This document shows, in pieces, positions 23,960-36,068 of a DNA stretch of 64,000 nucleotides. Below the pieces are notes generated by a model. That model was not told the DNA's origin. It saw only the letters and a list, made by a program, of their open reading frames with translations, and searched no databases. The stretch covers positions 169,570,001 through 169,634,000 of the forward strand of contig OZ024740.1 of NCBI GenBank assembly GCA_964016885.1, written 5' to 3'. Within the stretch, counting starts at the first letter, position 1; each line of letters starts with the position of its first letter. Made by a program: the position numbers and the translations under genes. This DNA is from Eledone cirrhosa (lineage: Eukaryota).

Positions 23960-25929
23960 CACCGTGTAACAAAAAAAATAATTTTTCTCTGTTCCTGGCT
24001 TGTAATCACTTTTTTTTGTGTTGCTTAGGTACCAAATAAATAAAAAAAAGTGCTATTAAGCAGTTAAAAGTTTAGGTTTGTAAAAATTCTAAGCTATTCA
24101 CTAGAATTATTTGTATGCTGGATTTTACGTTGTATGTAAGTTTAATGTGCTTATGTTAAATGATTTTTTTTATATGTTTCAGGTTAAATTAAAATTATAA
24201 AATAAAGAGTAATACCTAAAGAAAATTATAAAAGTGCAATAAAGTATAAAATTGTTAAAAAGTGGATTAAAGAGATTTATTGATACTGGATTTTCGCACT
24301 CCAAATAAAGGGTAAGTTGTGTTTTATGCACGAATTTTCATTATTATGATTAGTGTTGTCTTTTATATTATTTAAATATGTATTTCCCTTTCCTATATTT
24401 ATTTTGTATTGCATATCAAATTTATTTCCCAAGACAAGTGTTCTGATGAAGAGGAGGAAATAGATGCTGAGGACTTGGACTACCTGCCTGAGGTACCAGT
24501 AAAAGTTCCTCACTTCCCAAACCAAAAAGAAGTCAATGACTTGGTCAGGGATATGGATCTGACCAAGTCCAATGCAGAGCTATTCGTCTCCAGGATGAAG
24601 CAGTGGAACTTGGTCAAGGAGGAAGTGCAGGTGACAAGTCAGAGAAGTCGACACGAATCTTTCTCAGGCTTTTACGCTCTTAGGGATGGCCTCTGCTTCT
24701 GCCCTGACGTGCCTGGACTGTTTGACATTATTGGGGTGCCGTTTGTACCCAAATAGTGGCGGCTATTTATAGACAGCTCCACCACCAGTTTGAAGGCTGT
24801 CCTCCTCCACAATGGAAACAAGTTCCCGACACTGCTCCTAGCTCATTCAGTCTGCCTGAAGGAAGATTACTACAGTGTGAAAGTCCTCTTGGAAGCTCTG
24901 CAATACAACCAGTACAATTGGGAAATCATTGGAGACTTCAAGATGGTGGCTTTCCTGCTTGGACTCCAAGGAGGCTTTATCAAATTCCAATGATTCCTCT
25001 GCCTTTGGGACAGCAGAGCACTACAAAAGAAAGAACTGGGAGCAGCGAACAAAATTTGTAGTTAGGACTTGGAACGTCATGTGGGAGCCACTGGTTGGTC
25101 CCAGGATTGTGCTCATGCCACCACTGCACATTAAGTTGGGGTTGATGAAGCAGTTTGTGAAGGCTCTCAACCAAGAATCAGCCGCTTTAAAGTACCTTCC
25201 TGAGTTCTTCCCCAAGTTATCTGAGGCCAAAATCAAAGGTGGAATTTTTGTTGGACCTCAGATAAAGAAGGTGTTTGAGTCTACCAAGTTCTCCAATAAG
25301 CTCAATAGGATTGAGAGAACAGCAAGGAACTGTTTCAAGGCAGTTGTTAAGGGTTTCCTGGGCAACTACAGAGCTGAAAACTACCAGCAACTGGTGCAGG
25401 ATCTGATAAAGGCTTTTGGCGCCATGGGATGTAGGATGTCGCTTAAACTCCATATGCTGGACGGCTCACCTGGAAAAATTCAAGGACAATATGGGCGCCT
25501 ACTCAGAAGAACGATTCCACCAAGATGTGAAAGAGATAGAGCGGAGGTATCAGGGCCACTACAATGAAAAAAGGATGGGGGACTATATCTGAGGGCTAGT
25601 GCGGGAATGCGACCTGGACTACAACCGCAAATCCAGGAAATCCAGTCATTCCTGACGTGTATAGGTTGTTTATAAGTGTTATTTGTTTTTACTTGTTGGC
25701 TTTTGATAAGCTTGTGTAATAAAATAAATATATACTCTGTTGATGTAATTATATGAACTCATAAATTTAAAACAAAATGTATTTTTTCTTGAAAAATATG
25801 AAATATCAAACTCCTAACCACAAACCCAAACTTCTGATTAAATAATAGTGACTTTTTAAATAATAATGGGGTATAACAAACCATGAAATGCCACTTAGAA
25901 CCGGGGAACAAAAAATATGTTACACGGTG
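23960..25929 (+). mobile_element. Chapaev3-like (CMC) DNA transposon with degenerate transposase
   Basis: TIRs CACCGTGTAACA / TGTTACACGGTG with TTA on both sides (TWA TSD). Broken ORFs in about 24420-25650 include NDLVRDMDLTKSNAELFVSR, WRLFIDSS..LKAVLLHNGN and PPLHIKLGLMKQFVKAL. Confidence 0.8.
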
Positions 25930-25945
25930 TTATATATATATATAT

Positions 25946-26376
25946 AGTTATACTGGGTGGGGGGTCATATTTGTGTAATATTGCCAGAATTAATAACAGA
26001 ACACACTCACTGTTTGGTTGGTTTTCGCTTTTCCCTTCTGTGTCTTTTATATCGGTAATCTAATTTATTCGGTCCTCAATGTCGCCATTGACTGACCAAC
26101 GGTCAAAAATAATACAGATACCAGATAGACACATCTGCAATATCGTTGTGCAGCGAAAGAACTTTGATAAACTATATATATGTGTTTGTGTCTATATTGT
26201 ATCTGTATTATTTTTGACCGTTGGTCAGTCAATGGCAACATTGAGGACCGAATAAATTAGAACACCGATATAAAAGACACAGAAGCGAAAAGCGAAAACC
26301 AACCAAACAGTGAGTGTGTTCTGTTATTAATTCTGGCAATATTACACAAATATGACCCTCCCCAAGTATAACAATA
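25946..26376. repeat. Fold-back palindrome (arms about 180 bp), PLE-terminus-like
   Basis: Left arm is the reverse complement of the right arm; a related dispersed copy lies at about 27385-27630 on -. Confidence 0.9.
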
Positions 26377-26415
26377 TTTGTTTCGACACACGATTTCATA
26401 TCAAAAACCTCGCAA

Positions 26416-26449
<34 letters not shown>

Positions 26450-26677
26450 AAAAAATGAAACGAAATTTCATTTCTCACTCTTAGTACGGCTGTTACTTAA
26501 ATATACGCAACTTCCATATTGTGCAGACAAGTGCTCCATGGATATGAAGAAGATACCATAGCTATAAACATAAGTTAAAATGGTCATACACGCCGAGACG
26601 ATGGTTAAGAAGCCATTAACCACCATAGCCAAAAAAGCGAACAAGCTAAACGGGGCAAACAAAATGAGATATGATTG

Positions 26678-26743
<66 letters not shown>

Positions 26744-26882
26744 CTGTGTGTGTGTGTGTATGTGTGTGTGTGTGTATGTGTGTGTGTGTGTGTGTGTGGG
26801 GTGTGTATTTTATATATTCTGCAATATGTACATCGCTAGTCACAGAAAACATAAGTACACCAAAACAAAATGTTCAACTTAC

Positions 26883-27036
26883 CTGTCAAGTATACTGATG
26901 TTATCGTGTTCAATTGAGGGAGCTGTTAGTGATGTTTGGTTTGTCATAACCAGAGGTTTACATTCATCAGTACCTGGCGTATCAAGGTTGATGTCATATC
27001 GAACTCGCGAGTGGGGAGTAATTCGACCATTTTGAG
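26883..27036 (-). CDS. Dscam: Dscam cytoplasmic exon: (A)QNGRITPHSRVRYDINLDTPGTDECKPLVMTNQTSLTAPSIEHDNISILD(R)
   Basis: tttctag acceptor, gtaagt donor, open frame; phase 1 to 2 fits both neighbours. Confidence 0.78.
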
Positions 27037-27581
27037 CTAGAAATTACAAATCAAATGGTTAATTAGTGAACGATATGCTTAGATAATGACGTTGTCAATA
27101 TATTTAAAGTAAAAATTATTTCTATTGCACTCATACGTCATTGTCGTAATTCTTAAGTAAATTTACTTGAATTTTATACGGTTACTGTTTGAAATATTTT
27201 AGCACAAATTAATTTGTTGTTTTTCATGTGAACGAGGTTTCTGAATAATTTAATTCAGATACACAGTTATCACCCCATCGGTAACTAATGTGAAGGATGT
27301 GAAGAATATTTCTTGCAGGTGATCTTAGAAATCCAGAAATATTTTCCATTTTTGTCGAAATGATTAAAATAGTTCGTTTCTGAATTTGTTTAGCAAGATT
27401 CTTTATCTGAAAACGTGTGTTGAAACCGATATTGTTATACTTTGGGAGGGTCATGTTGCCAATAAGAAATACACGCACCAGTTGCTTTCACTTCAATTTA
27501 TTATAATAAATTTATAAATTTAGGAATTTATAAATTTCCGGTTGGTTGGTTGGTTCCACAACCAGATGATTGTTTATATAT

Positions 27582-27626
27582 TGTCAAAGTTCTTTCGTCA
27601 CACATTCTGTGACCTCTTCAGTGACT
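27582..27626 (-). ncRNA. Degenerate type I hammerhead-like motif
   Basis: GTCA-CTGAAGA-g-GTCACA(gaatg)TGTGAC-GAAA-gaac-TT-TGAC; one extra G before stem II and a minimal stem III. Confidence 0.5.
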
Positions 27627-27835
27627 GGGGATTCTTTTCTTTGTTTTTGTGCCTCTCCTTTGTTCTGTCCTACGCCATCTTGTTTTTATTGTGTGATTAA
27701 AATAGTATTAGTTTTTTCCCCATAGCATAAATTAATTATTTTCACTACACCGGATATTTTAGCAATAATTTCATTTCTTTTCATGTGAATGGCATGATAT
27801 ACTTCCTAAATGATTACTGCCATTGCATACATAAT

Positions 27836-27896
<61 letters not shown>

Positions 27897-27899
<3 letters not shown>

Positions 27900-28596
27900 A
27901 TATCTTTTTCGCCTTAACTCTCCCGCTCTGAGCCAGTGCTACAGTAAAGCCAGAGTCCTGGCGTTTCTCCAGTGCAAGGCGCATACAATAGTCCACTACG
28001 ATGATAAAAAGGTAGGGAGCAAATGTATCTCCCTGGAACACTCCAGCCAGTATCTCAAAGAACTCTGTCATCCCATCAGGTGTAATGACTTGGGCTTTGG
28101 TGTTGGTGTAGAGCAGTGATATCAGGTCCACTATCTTCTTGGGTATTCCATAAGCCTGTAAGATCTTCATCAGGCAGTGACGGTCCACAGAATCAAAGGT
28201 CTTCCTAAAGTCAATGAAAACCATCACCGCTGGAAGGCACTTTGCTCTAGCTCCCTCTAATATCCTACTCAGCATCAGGATGTGACTGGTGGTTGATCTT
28301 CCCTCTCTGAAGCCATTCTGGTTGTCCCTGAGCTTCTTCTCCATCTCAGGCTGGATTCTGTTAAGAATCATCCTGTTGAGTGTCTTTCCCACAAGTGACG
28401 TTAATGAGATCCTCCTGTAGTTGTTGGTGTTAGAGAGATCTCCCTTCTTTGGCACTGGGACGATGTTACTGATCCTCCACTGATTCGGGGCAACTCCTTT
28501 CTCCAGTGTCTGGTTACAGAACCCCAGGATGATATCATCAAAATCACAGCACTTCATCACCTCTGATGCCACTCCATATTCTCCATGAGAAGGCAA
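27897..28596 (-). pseudogene. LINE (RTE-like) reverse-transcriptase fragment
   Basis: VPVPKKGDLS..NYRRISL, QNGFREGRST, FIDFRKTFDSV, GVFQGDTFAPYLF; truncated by (TA)n. Confidence 0.88.
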
Positions 28597-28642
28597 GGTA
28601 AAGGAAAAGAGAGTGCTCTATGTATGCTACAGAGCTTTTTAG

Positions 28643-29059
28643 TTATGTAATAAACAACATAAGATAATTCATTCATTTACCAAAGGTTTCATGAAGACAG
28701 ACGAGCTTGACATTTACGTCTGCCTTCAATCATCAGAAAGAATGTATTAAAATGGAGGAGAGATATGGATTTGTAAACAAAGTTTGAGATAAATGAAAGT
28801 GAGGCTGAAATAATATAACGGACATAAAATGAAGGGGAAAATAATAATAATAAAACGTATATGTAAATATACAAACACACATACATACACAAACTCATGC
28901 ATATACGTAAACTTATACATTAACACATAAGTATTTGTGCGCCTACATGGAAATACAAATACACACATATGCATGCGTTCTTTCGCTCACATATGCGTAC
29001 ACGCAAGCACATACACGTACTCAAAAATAACGTGCAAATACACATACACACAACTCCAT

Positions 29060-29096
<37 letters not shown>

Positions 29097-29857
29097 CACA
29101 TCCACAAATACACACACATATATATAAAACATACAGACATACATATATTCATGCACTTATACACAGACATACATATGCTCACACATACGCACGCTTACAG
29201 ACAAGTATACACACAGATGTAATCATAAGGATACATATGCAAAAACACATACATGCAAACATGCATACAGGTACACGTATGGGCATGAAACCACATACGT
29301 ACATAAATACATATACAAAAACGCAACACACGCATATATAAATTTGAATAGATAAGTAGCGAGAACAGACGTGGAAATAAATAAAAACAAAATAAAAAAA
29401 TAAAGACAAAAAAGAACAGGTTGACAATGAAAGGGGGAGAGAAAATAAAAATTGAAAATATATATATACACACATATATACATAAATATATATATAGATA
29501 CATACATATATATATGTACACACACGTACGAACACTCGTATTTAAATATAAACACGCACACGTGTGAATGTATAAGTTTACGTATATTTACGTATATGCG
29601 TGAGTTTGTGTATGTATATGTTGTTTGTATATTTACGTATAAGTTTTATTAATATTATTTTTTCCCATTTATTTTATGTCCGTTATTTTATTTCAGCCTC
29701 ACTTTCATTTATCCTAAACTTAGTTTTCAAATCCATATTTGTCCTCCAGTTTAATAAATTCTTTCTGATAATCGAAGGCAGACGTAAATTTGAAGCTCGT
29801 CTGTCTTCATTATACCTTTGGTAAATGAATTAATTATCATATGGTGTTTATTACATA
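28643..29857. repeat. Inverted repeat pair (28643-28921 and 29567-29857), PLE-terminus-like
   Basis: Arms of about 280 bp are reverse-complementary with divergence; each carries a hammerhead-like motif. Confidence 0.88.
28670..28744 (-). ncRNA. Type I hammerhead ribozyme motif with canonical core
   Basis: CATTCTTT-CTGATGA-t-TGAAGGCAGACG..CGTCTGTCTTCA-t-GAAA-CC-TTT-GG-TA-AATGAATG. Caveat: U.U at the base of stem II. Confidence 0.65.
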
Positions 29858-29923
29858 AATAAATGTATATATATATATATATATATATATTTAAAAGAAT
29901 AGAGGTGTAACACACAAGTTATG

Positions 29924-30299
29924 ATATATTGGTAAACGGAAAAGAAAATGCTGACAAATTGTTCACAGTGAAAAATAGTTTAATTAGGAATAAGTGAGAA
30001 TTAGTAATAGTATTGGTTAGTATTCAGTTTTGGTTTTAAGTTTTACCGGTTGCGCATTTCTAATGCTTTTCAAAAATAATTTTGAGATAGAGCGTCCGTG
30101 ATGTTTGCTCTAATCTGATTCGAGCAAACATCACGGACGCTTTATCTCAAAATTATTTTTGAAAAGCATTAGAAATGCGCAACCGGTAAAACTTAAAACC
30201 AAAACTGAATACTAACCAATACTATTACTAATTCTCACTTATTCCTAATTAAACTATTTTTCACTGTGAACAATTTGTCAGCATTTTCTTTTCCGTTTA

Positions 30300-30307
<8 letters not shown>
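29924..30307. repeat. Near-perfect palindrome (arms about 185 bp, 11-nt loop)
   Basis: Centre ..TTTGCTC-TAATCTGATTC-GAGCAAA..; the arms are almost perfectly complementary. Confidence 0.96.
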
Positions 30308-30365
<58 letters not shown>

Positions 30366-30385
30366 TATACATATATATATATACT

Positions 30386-30417
<32 letters not shown>

Positions 30418-30458
30418 CATATATATATACATATATATATACACATATATATATACAC

Positions 30459-30489
<31 letters not shown>

Positions 30490-30542
30490 CATACATATAT
30501 ATATACATATATATATATACATATATACATATATATATATAC

Positions 30543-30636
<94 letters not shown>

Positions 30637-30668
30637 CTCATATATATATACATACACACATACAGATA

Positions 30669-31105
30669 CGAGGTGTGTCAGAAAAGTTCCAGGACTGATG
30701 TGTCACAAAAGATTTATTTCAAACCCAAACTTTACACTAAGAGTTTTCTCCTTCAAAGTAATCCCCCTGGAGTCTAATGCACTTTTCCATCCTATTCTGC
30801 CCCGCTTGCATGCAATCCTGGAAGGATTCTTCCGGGATTCTCTTCAGTTCCGTCGTCACGGCCTTTTTGATGTCCACGTCTTCAAAACGTGTCCCCTCCG
30901 GGACGTATTCGAAGATCCATGACTCATCACCGGTGATGACTGTCCCTAGCAAGTCTGGTTCGGTTTCAAGACGCTCGAAGATGTCCTGGCACACTTGCAT
31001 GCGTCGACCCTTTTGGTCATCGTTCAGCAGTTTTGGCACTATCTTCGCGCAAACTTTCTGCATGTCCAAATCTTCAGTGAGAATCTTCCAGACGCTGTCC
31101 CGATT
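30669..31105 (-). mobile_element. Internally deleted mariner relic
   Basis: TA|CGAGGTGTGTCAGAAAAGTT TIR-like end; [24 protein letters not shown] fused to [20 protein letters not shown]. Confidence 0.88.
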
Positions 31106-31202
31106 CTAAATAGCATGCAATATATATTCACATATGAATTCATTACTTGTATATACACACACGCTTATAGTGATTGACTATTATTATGGCATCTTACGTT
31201 GG

Positions 31203-31292
31203 GACGACTGAATTTCAAAGTTCAAATTTTCCCAATGGTTCTTTAGGGAACTTGATGCCTATACCCACACACACACACAGACACACACACAC

Positions 31293-31344
<52 letters not shown>

Positions 31345-31369
31345 CAGGAGAGAGAGCGGGAGAGAGAGC

Positions 31370-31439
<70 letters not shown>

Positions 31440-31702
31440 TATGCAGGTTGCCTGATGGAGTATTGGGGAAATTTGAAATTTGAAATTGAATCGCCCCAAT
31501 GTAAGATGTCATAGTGAAGTCAATCGCTATAAACGATAAACAGTAATTGAAAAAATCTGGTAAAGTACTTCTAAGAACGGAAAAAGGGAGCATAGGTTCT
31601 TGTTTATTTATTCCATTTCCAGGGAAACTTTAACCGATTCCCTCGACTGATATTTCTGGTCATCTTTTATTATAGTTATTTACAAACCCTCCTTCACAAC
31701 AA

Positions 31703-31775
<73 letters not shown>

Positions 31776-31789
31776 TGTGTGTTTGTGTG

Positions 31790-31822
<33 letters not shown>

Positions 31823-32102
31823 TTGTGTGCGTGTGTGTTTGTGTGAGTGAGACCCGGGTTCAACCGGGGTAACCACAGTAAGTAAGGTACTCAATACCTT
31901 AGTAGAGTGTATACAACAAATTTAATATAGAAATGGCTTATACATGACTAGAACTGGCTTTCCTGATGATTTCCTGTAGAAGCCATTTCTATATTAAATT
32001 TGTTATATATATATATATATATGTGTACGTGTGTGTGCGTGTGTGTATATTTAGGCCGCAGGGTGCCTAGGGAACCATTGGGAAAATTTGAAATTAAGTC
32101 GT
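31203..32102. repeat. Nested inverted repeats (31203-31260 with 32053-32102; inner hairpin about 31912-32008)
   Basis: TTCAAATTTTCCCAATGGTTC versus GAACCATTGGGAAAATTTGAA; ACAAATTTAATATAGAAATGGCTT versus AAGCCATTTCTATATTAAATTTGT. Confidence 0.8.
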
Positions 32103-32415
32103 GTGTTTATTAACCATACACACAAATATAAGTATATATTTGTATGGTCTCAAATGCTTGATCATATCTAAAATAAAACAACTAAAACTTGTTGCAATGT
32201 AACCAGCTCTTATTCTGCTAAAAAGAACAACCCAAAAACTGAAGCGCTTTCTTATAGCCTTATATGCATACCTACAGTTATTTAGAGATGTATAATAATT
32301 CCAAATATCTAATAAGTTGATCAGTTAACAGATGTGTTATTCCTTAACTTACTGATTTATCCATAAACTGTTTTAAATCTCTGTTGGTTTTTTTCCGTGT
32401 TTGTGCATGTCTTAC

Positions 32416-32627
32416 CATTGTTTCTAGAAAATATAGGACTTGGTATACTGGATCTGGATTTATTCAGGTTATCTGCATCTAATTCTACGTCGGAACACGT
32501 ATGTGTGTCGCAAGAATAAGGAATATAATTTTCTAGTGGACTTCCAGGATTAGGATAATCTCTCCCACAGAAAGCATATGTTACTTCCTCGCTGTTAGTA
32601 CTGGTAGTGCTTGTACGGCTGTGTGTC
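32416..32627 (-). CDS. Dscam: Dscam cytoplasmic exon: (R)THSRTSTTSTNSEEVTYAFCGRDYPNPGSPLENYIPYSCD..SPIFSRNN
   Basis: ctttag acceptor, gtaag donor, 212 nt open; phase 2 to 1. Confidence 0.82.
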
Positions 32628-32861
32628 CTAAAGGGTTAGAAAGAGTGCAAGCAGATTGTATTGGAAATCAGAAAAAAGCAGTAGCAGCAGAAGCAGAAGC
32701 ATACACACGTTAATAATAATTATATTATTTAAATAATCAGGTTATAACAAAAAGAAATTTTAATGTTATAAAATATTTCATATCAGTGGTATTAGTTATA
32801 CTGTATAGATTATTTCAAGTATAATATATATATATATATAATATATGTATATATATTATAA

Positions 32862-32896
<35 letters not shown>

Positions 32897-32972
32897 TTCG
32901 CTCTGGCAAGCCACATTAATTAGCATTAGAATAATTGAAATAAAAATATTTCTCTGAATTCAGACATATAAT

Positions 32973-33157
32973 TGTTTCTACTTTAGGCACAAGGCCAGCA
33001 ATTACCCACTGCATCACTGGTACTTTATTTTATCGACCCCGTAAGGATGAAAGGCAAAGTCAAACTCGGCGGGATTTGAACTCAGATCGTAAAGGGACGT
33101 AACTATGCTGGAAAGCATGGCGTCCGACCCTCTACCGATACTGCCAATCCACCGCCC
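32973..33157 (-). mobile_element. tRNA-derived SINE with 14-bp TSD
   Basis: B-box GAGTTCAAATCCC on -; TTCAGACATATAAT at 32959-32972 and 33158-33171; close sister copy at 52231. Confidence 0.88.
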
Positions 33158-33548
33158 TTCAGACATATAATATTATATAACTGAGGATACAAAAAATTAA
33201 ATGGAACCTAAAAATTAGTTACTATGTAATTGTATCAATATTCCCCAAGGCAGATTCAACATTCATATATCGTGCATAAACTATGCTTTGATGTTATACG
33301 ATATTTTCTTTTGAGTGTGTATCATTAATTTAAAAAATTCAAAATTCTTATATCTCATAGAGTGTTGCAGTCTTTACTCGGAGACTACATTGATTGGTGG
33401 TTATATTAAAATATGTAGTGGTTATTACCTGTGTTTCAGGATATATAGCATTATAATTATACTGAATAAGAATGTGACAAGCAATGTATAATTCCTTTGC
33501 AACAGTAAAGTGCATGCCATTACAAAGTGCATGCCATTATGAATATAT

Positions 33549-33640
33549 GTATTTTGCAATACACTGTATGCTTAATTAAAAGCGTAAGGTCTTAAAAATG
33601 CTTTTAATGAAGCATACAGTGTATTGCAAAATACACTATA
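33549..33640. repeat. Small palindrome related to the 45.5-46.4 kb repeat
   Basis: GTATTTTGCAATACACTGTATGCTT..AAGCATACAGTGTATTGCAAAATAC; the same arm occurs at 45902. Confidence 0.85.
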
Positions 33641-33646
33641 TATACA

Positions 33647-33701
<55 letters not shown>

Positions 33702-33820
33702 TGTATATATATATATATTTTCATAATTCTTCGGCTCTGTTTACATTGAGCTATACCTTTTACTGTCATTTCTATAATACGAAGAGGGTGTTTAACTCCA
33801 ACACGCTCCAGTATTTTAAT

Positions 33821-33906
<86 letters not shown>

Positions 33907-33966
33907 GTTGTTGGATGCTTAAAGCGTCCGTATGCGGTAGGTCGTATGAGCACTCGATGCCCTGGT

Positions 33967-34216
33967 AGAAAAAAGAGAATCAGTGTTGCGCCGAAAGGAA
34001 TTTATTGGACATATTACAATTGTTTGTCGGGCGACCAGCTCGAGGCACGATCGATGTGGTGATCAAACCTGACTCTGAAATCGTGCGGTCCTCGGATACG
34101 TCTCGATTCTACTAAAATCTGCTTCGTAGAATCGAGACGTATCCGGGGCCCGCGCGATTTCAGAGTTATAAATTCCAATAAATTCCTTTCGTCGCAACAC
34201 TGATTCTCTTTTTTCT

Positions 34217-34217
<1 letters not shown>
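33967..34217. repeat. Two-tier fold-back repeat
   Basis: Outer arms AGAAAAAAGAGAATCAGTGTTGCG../..CGCAACACTGATTCTCTTTTTTCT; inner stem around CTAC-TAAAATCTGCTTC-GTAG. Confidence 0.88.
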
Positions 34218-34258
<41 letters not shown>

Positions 34259-34718
34259 TAAAATTGTCGGAATCTCAAACGCATAAATAGCTGTAATACA
34301 CCCGGCTACTATGATGAATAGCAAAGAGTTGGGTTAAAATATAACTTTATAGGAATGGAAGAACAGACAGAAAAGAAAAGAGAGAGGGAGAGTGTGAGTG
34401 AGAGAGAGAGGGGGAGAGTGAGTGAGAGTGAGAGAGAGAGAGGAAGAGAGAAGACGAAAGGAATAGAGCGTAAAGCAAATGATGAGAGAGGAGGAAAGAG
34501 GGAATTAGAGTGATAGAATATGACAGTTGACACGGTGAATTAAATCATATGCTCTCTCCGTTTTTCTTTGTCCACTCTTCCGTTTATAAGAGGTTATATT
34601 TTAACCCGACTCCTTGCAATTTATTATAGCAGCTCGCTTTTTACAGCTATTTCTATGTATAAGATTCCTACAATTTCATGAACATTTTTTACACACTCAT
34701 CGCTCCAATTCATTTTAT

Positions 34719-34768
<50 letters not shown>

Positions 34769-34794
34769 CATATGTATGTATATTGCCATCTTAC

Positions 34795-34954
34795 CTAGGA
34801 ATGATTCCTAGATTTCGTTTACTCACAACCTGACCCTTCTGTTTCCCCTTGTGCCGTCCCCTGACACGACGTGGTGGACTGCGTTCCCTTGTGTGCGCCA
34901 TCTCACATTCCGTTGTATCACTCTCAGCGTCAAATTCTTTAGGGCGCCGTCGTT
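34795..34954 (-). CDS. Dscam: Dscam cytoplasmic exon: (Q)RRRPKEFDAESDTTECEMAHTRERSPPRRVRGRHKGKQKGQVVSKRNLGIIP(R)
   Basis: tttctacag acceptor, gtaag donor; phase 1 to 2; GC-richer than the flanks. Confidence 0.82.
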
Positions 34955-35734
34955 CTGTAGAAACGAAAGACAATGCTAAGAGTCACCCACGTAAACAGTG
35001 GTAGATGATAAGGATGAAATCAGTGTTGGTAATGATGATGATGACGATAACCGCGATAATGATGATTCTTGTCATATCCAACTTGATCATTATTATCCCT
35101 AAACATGATCATGTAGACACAATATTGTTTGTGATTTTGAAAAATAAATGAGAAATGGGAAGGTGGGCGAAGAATCGAAACAAATTAACAATTTGTAAAT
35201 TCCATTGATTCCTAGTATATGTCTTATATTATTTTCAAATTTAATGAATTTCTCAAAATCCTCTGTATTGACACATCGCTACTTGCACAGGTTTCGTTAT
35301 GGCCCTTAGATGGATACTTTATTCTACATGCTTAGCTTATTTAAATGCTGGTAAAAGATAGTGGAATTTCTTGAGACATTTAGTACTGATAAACAACATT
35401 CATTAGGAATGGAAGTTGTTTGGACCCAGATTAGAATTAGGTGCTGGTATTATATAATCTAAGGGTTTATGGAAGGATTAATTTCATTATTTTCAATTTT
35501 TATGAAAACAATATTTTATAAACTGCAACAGTGGAGCAAACACAACTTGAGTTTCCATGTTTAAAGTTTGCTGATTTGAACTTAAGATTTTATCCCTGAT
35601 CAATGAAATAGGTTTCGATAATATAATGTCAATATTATTACCTTTTCTAAAACAATTTGTCTCGAGTTATCTAGAAATTGTTTAAGTGATCACCTGATCC
35701 ACTCAAATTACGCCTCGCCTCCTTAAAAAGTAAG

Positions 35735-36068
35735 GGTAAAGACCCTCTTCAGTCACGAATGACCATGGGATTTGCACCTAGAAAGTTCCCCTCTGAGGCA
35801 CAAATCTGGACAAGGTTGTTTGTGGAAGACCAGAAGCCCCTCATGCATACCAGTATCCCCTCTCCACACCACCGATATTGTCCATGGGAAAGAGAAAGGT
35901 TGATACAGCTTGGAACCAGTGAGTTCGCGACTTCGCGACTAGAGCTGAGTAAACTGGAATAACGTGAAATAAAGTGTCTTGCTCAAGAACACAATGCAAA
36001 TCCCTGTTCAAGAATTGAATCACAACCTAACGATTGTAAGCCCGACGCTCTAACCACTAAGCCATAGG
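35735..36068 (-). mobile_element. tRNA-derived SINE with CORE-like central segment
   Basis: A-box TGGCTTAGTGGTTAGAGCG, degenerate B-box, then GTGTTCTTGAGCAAGACACTT. Confidence 0.75.
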
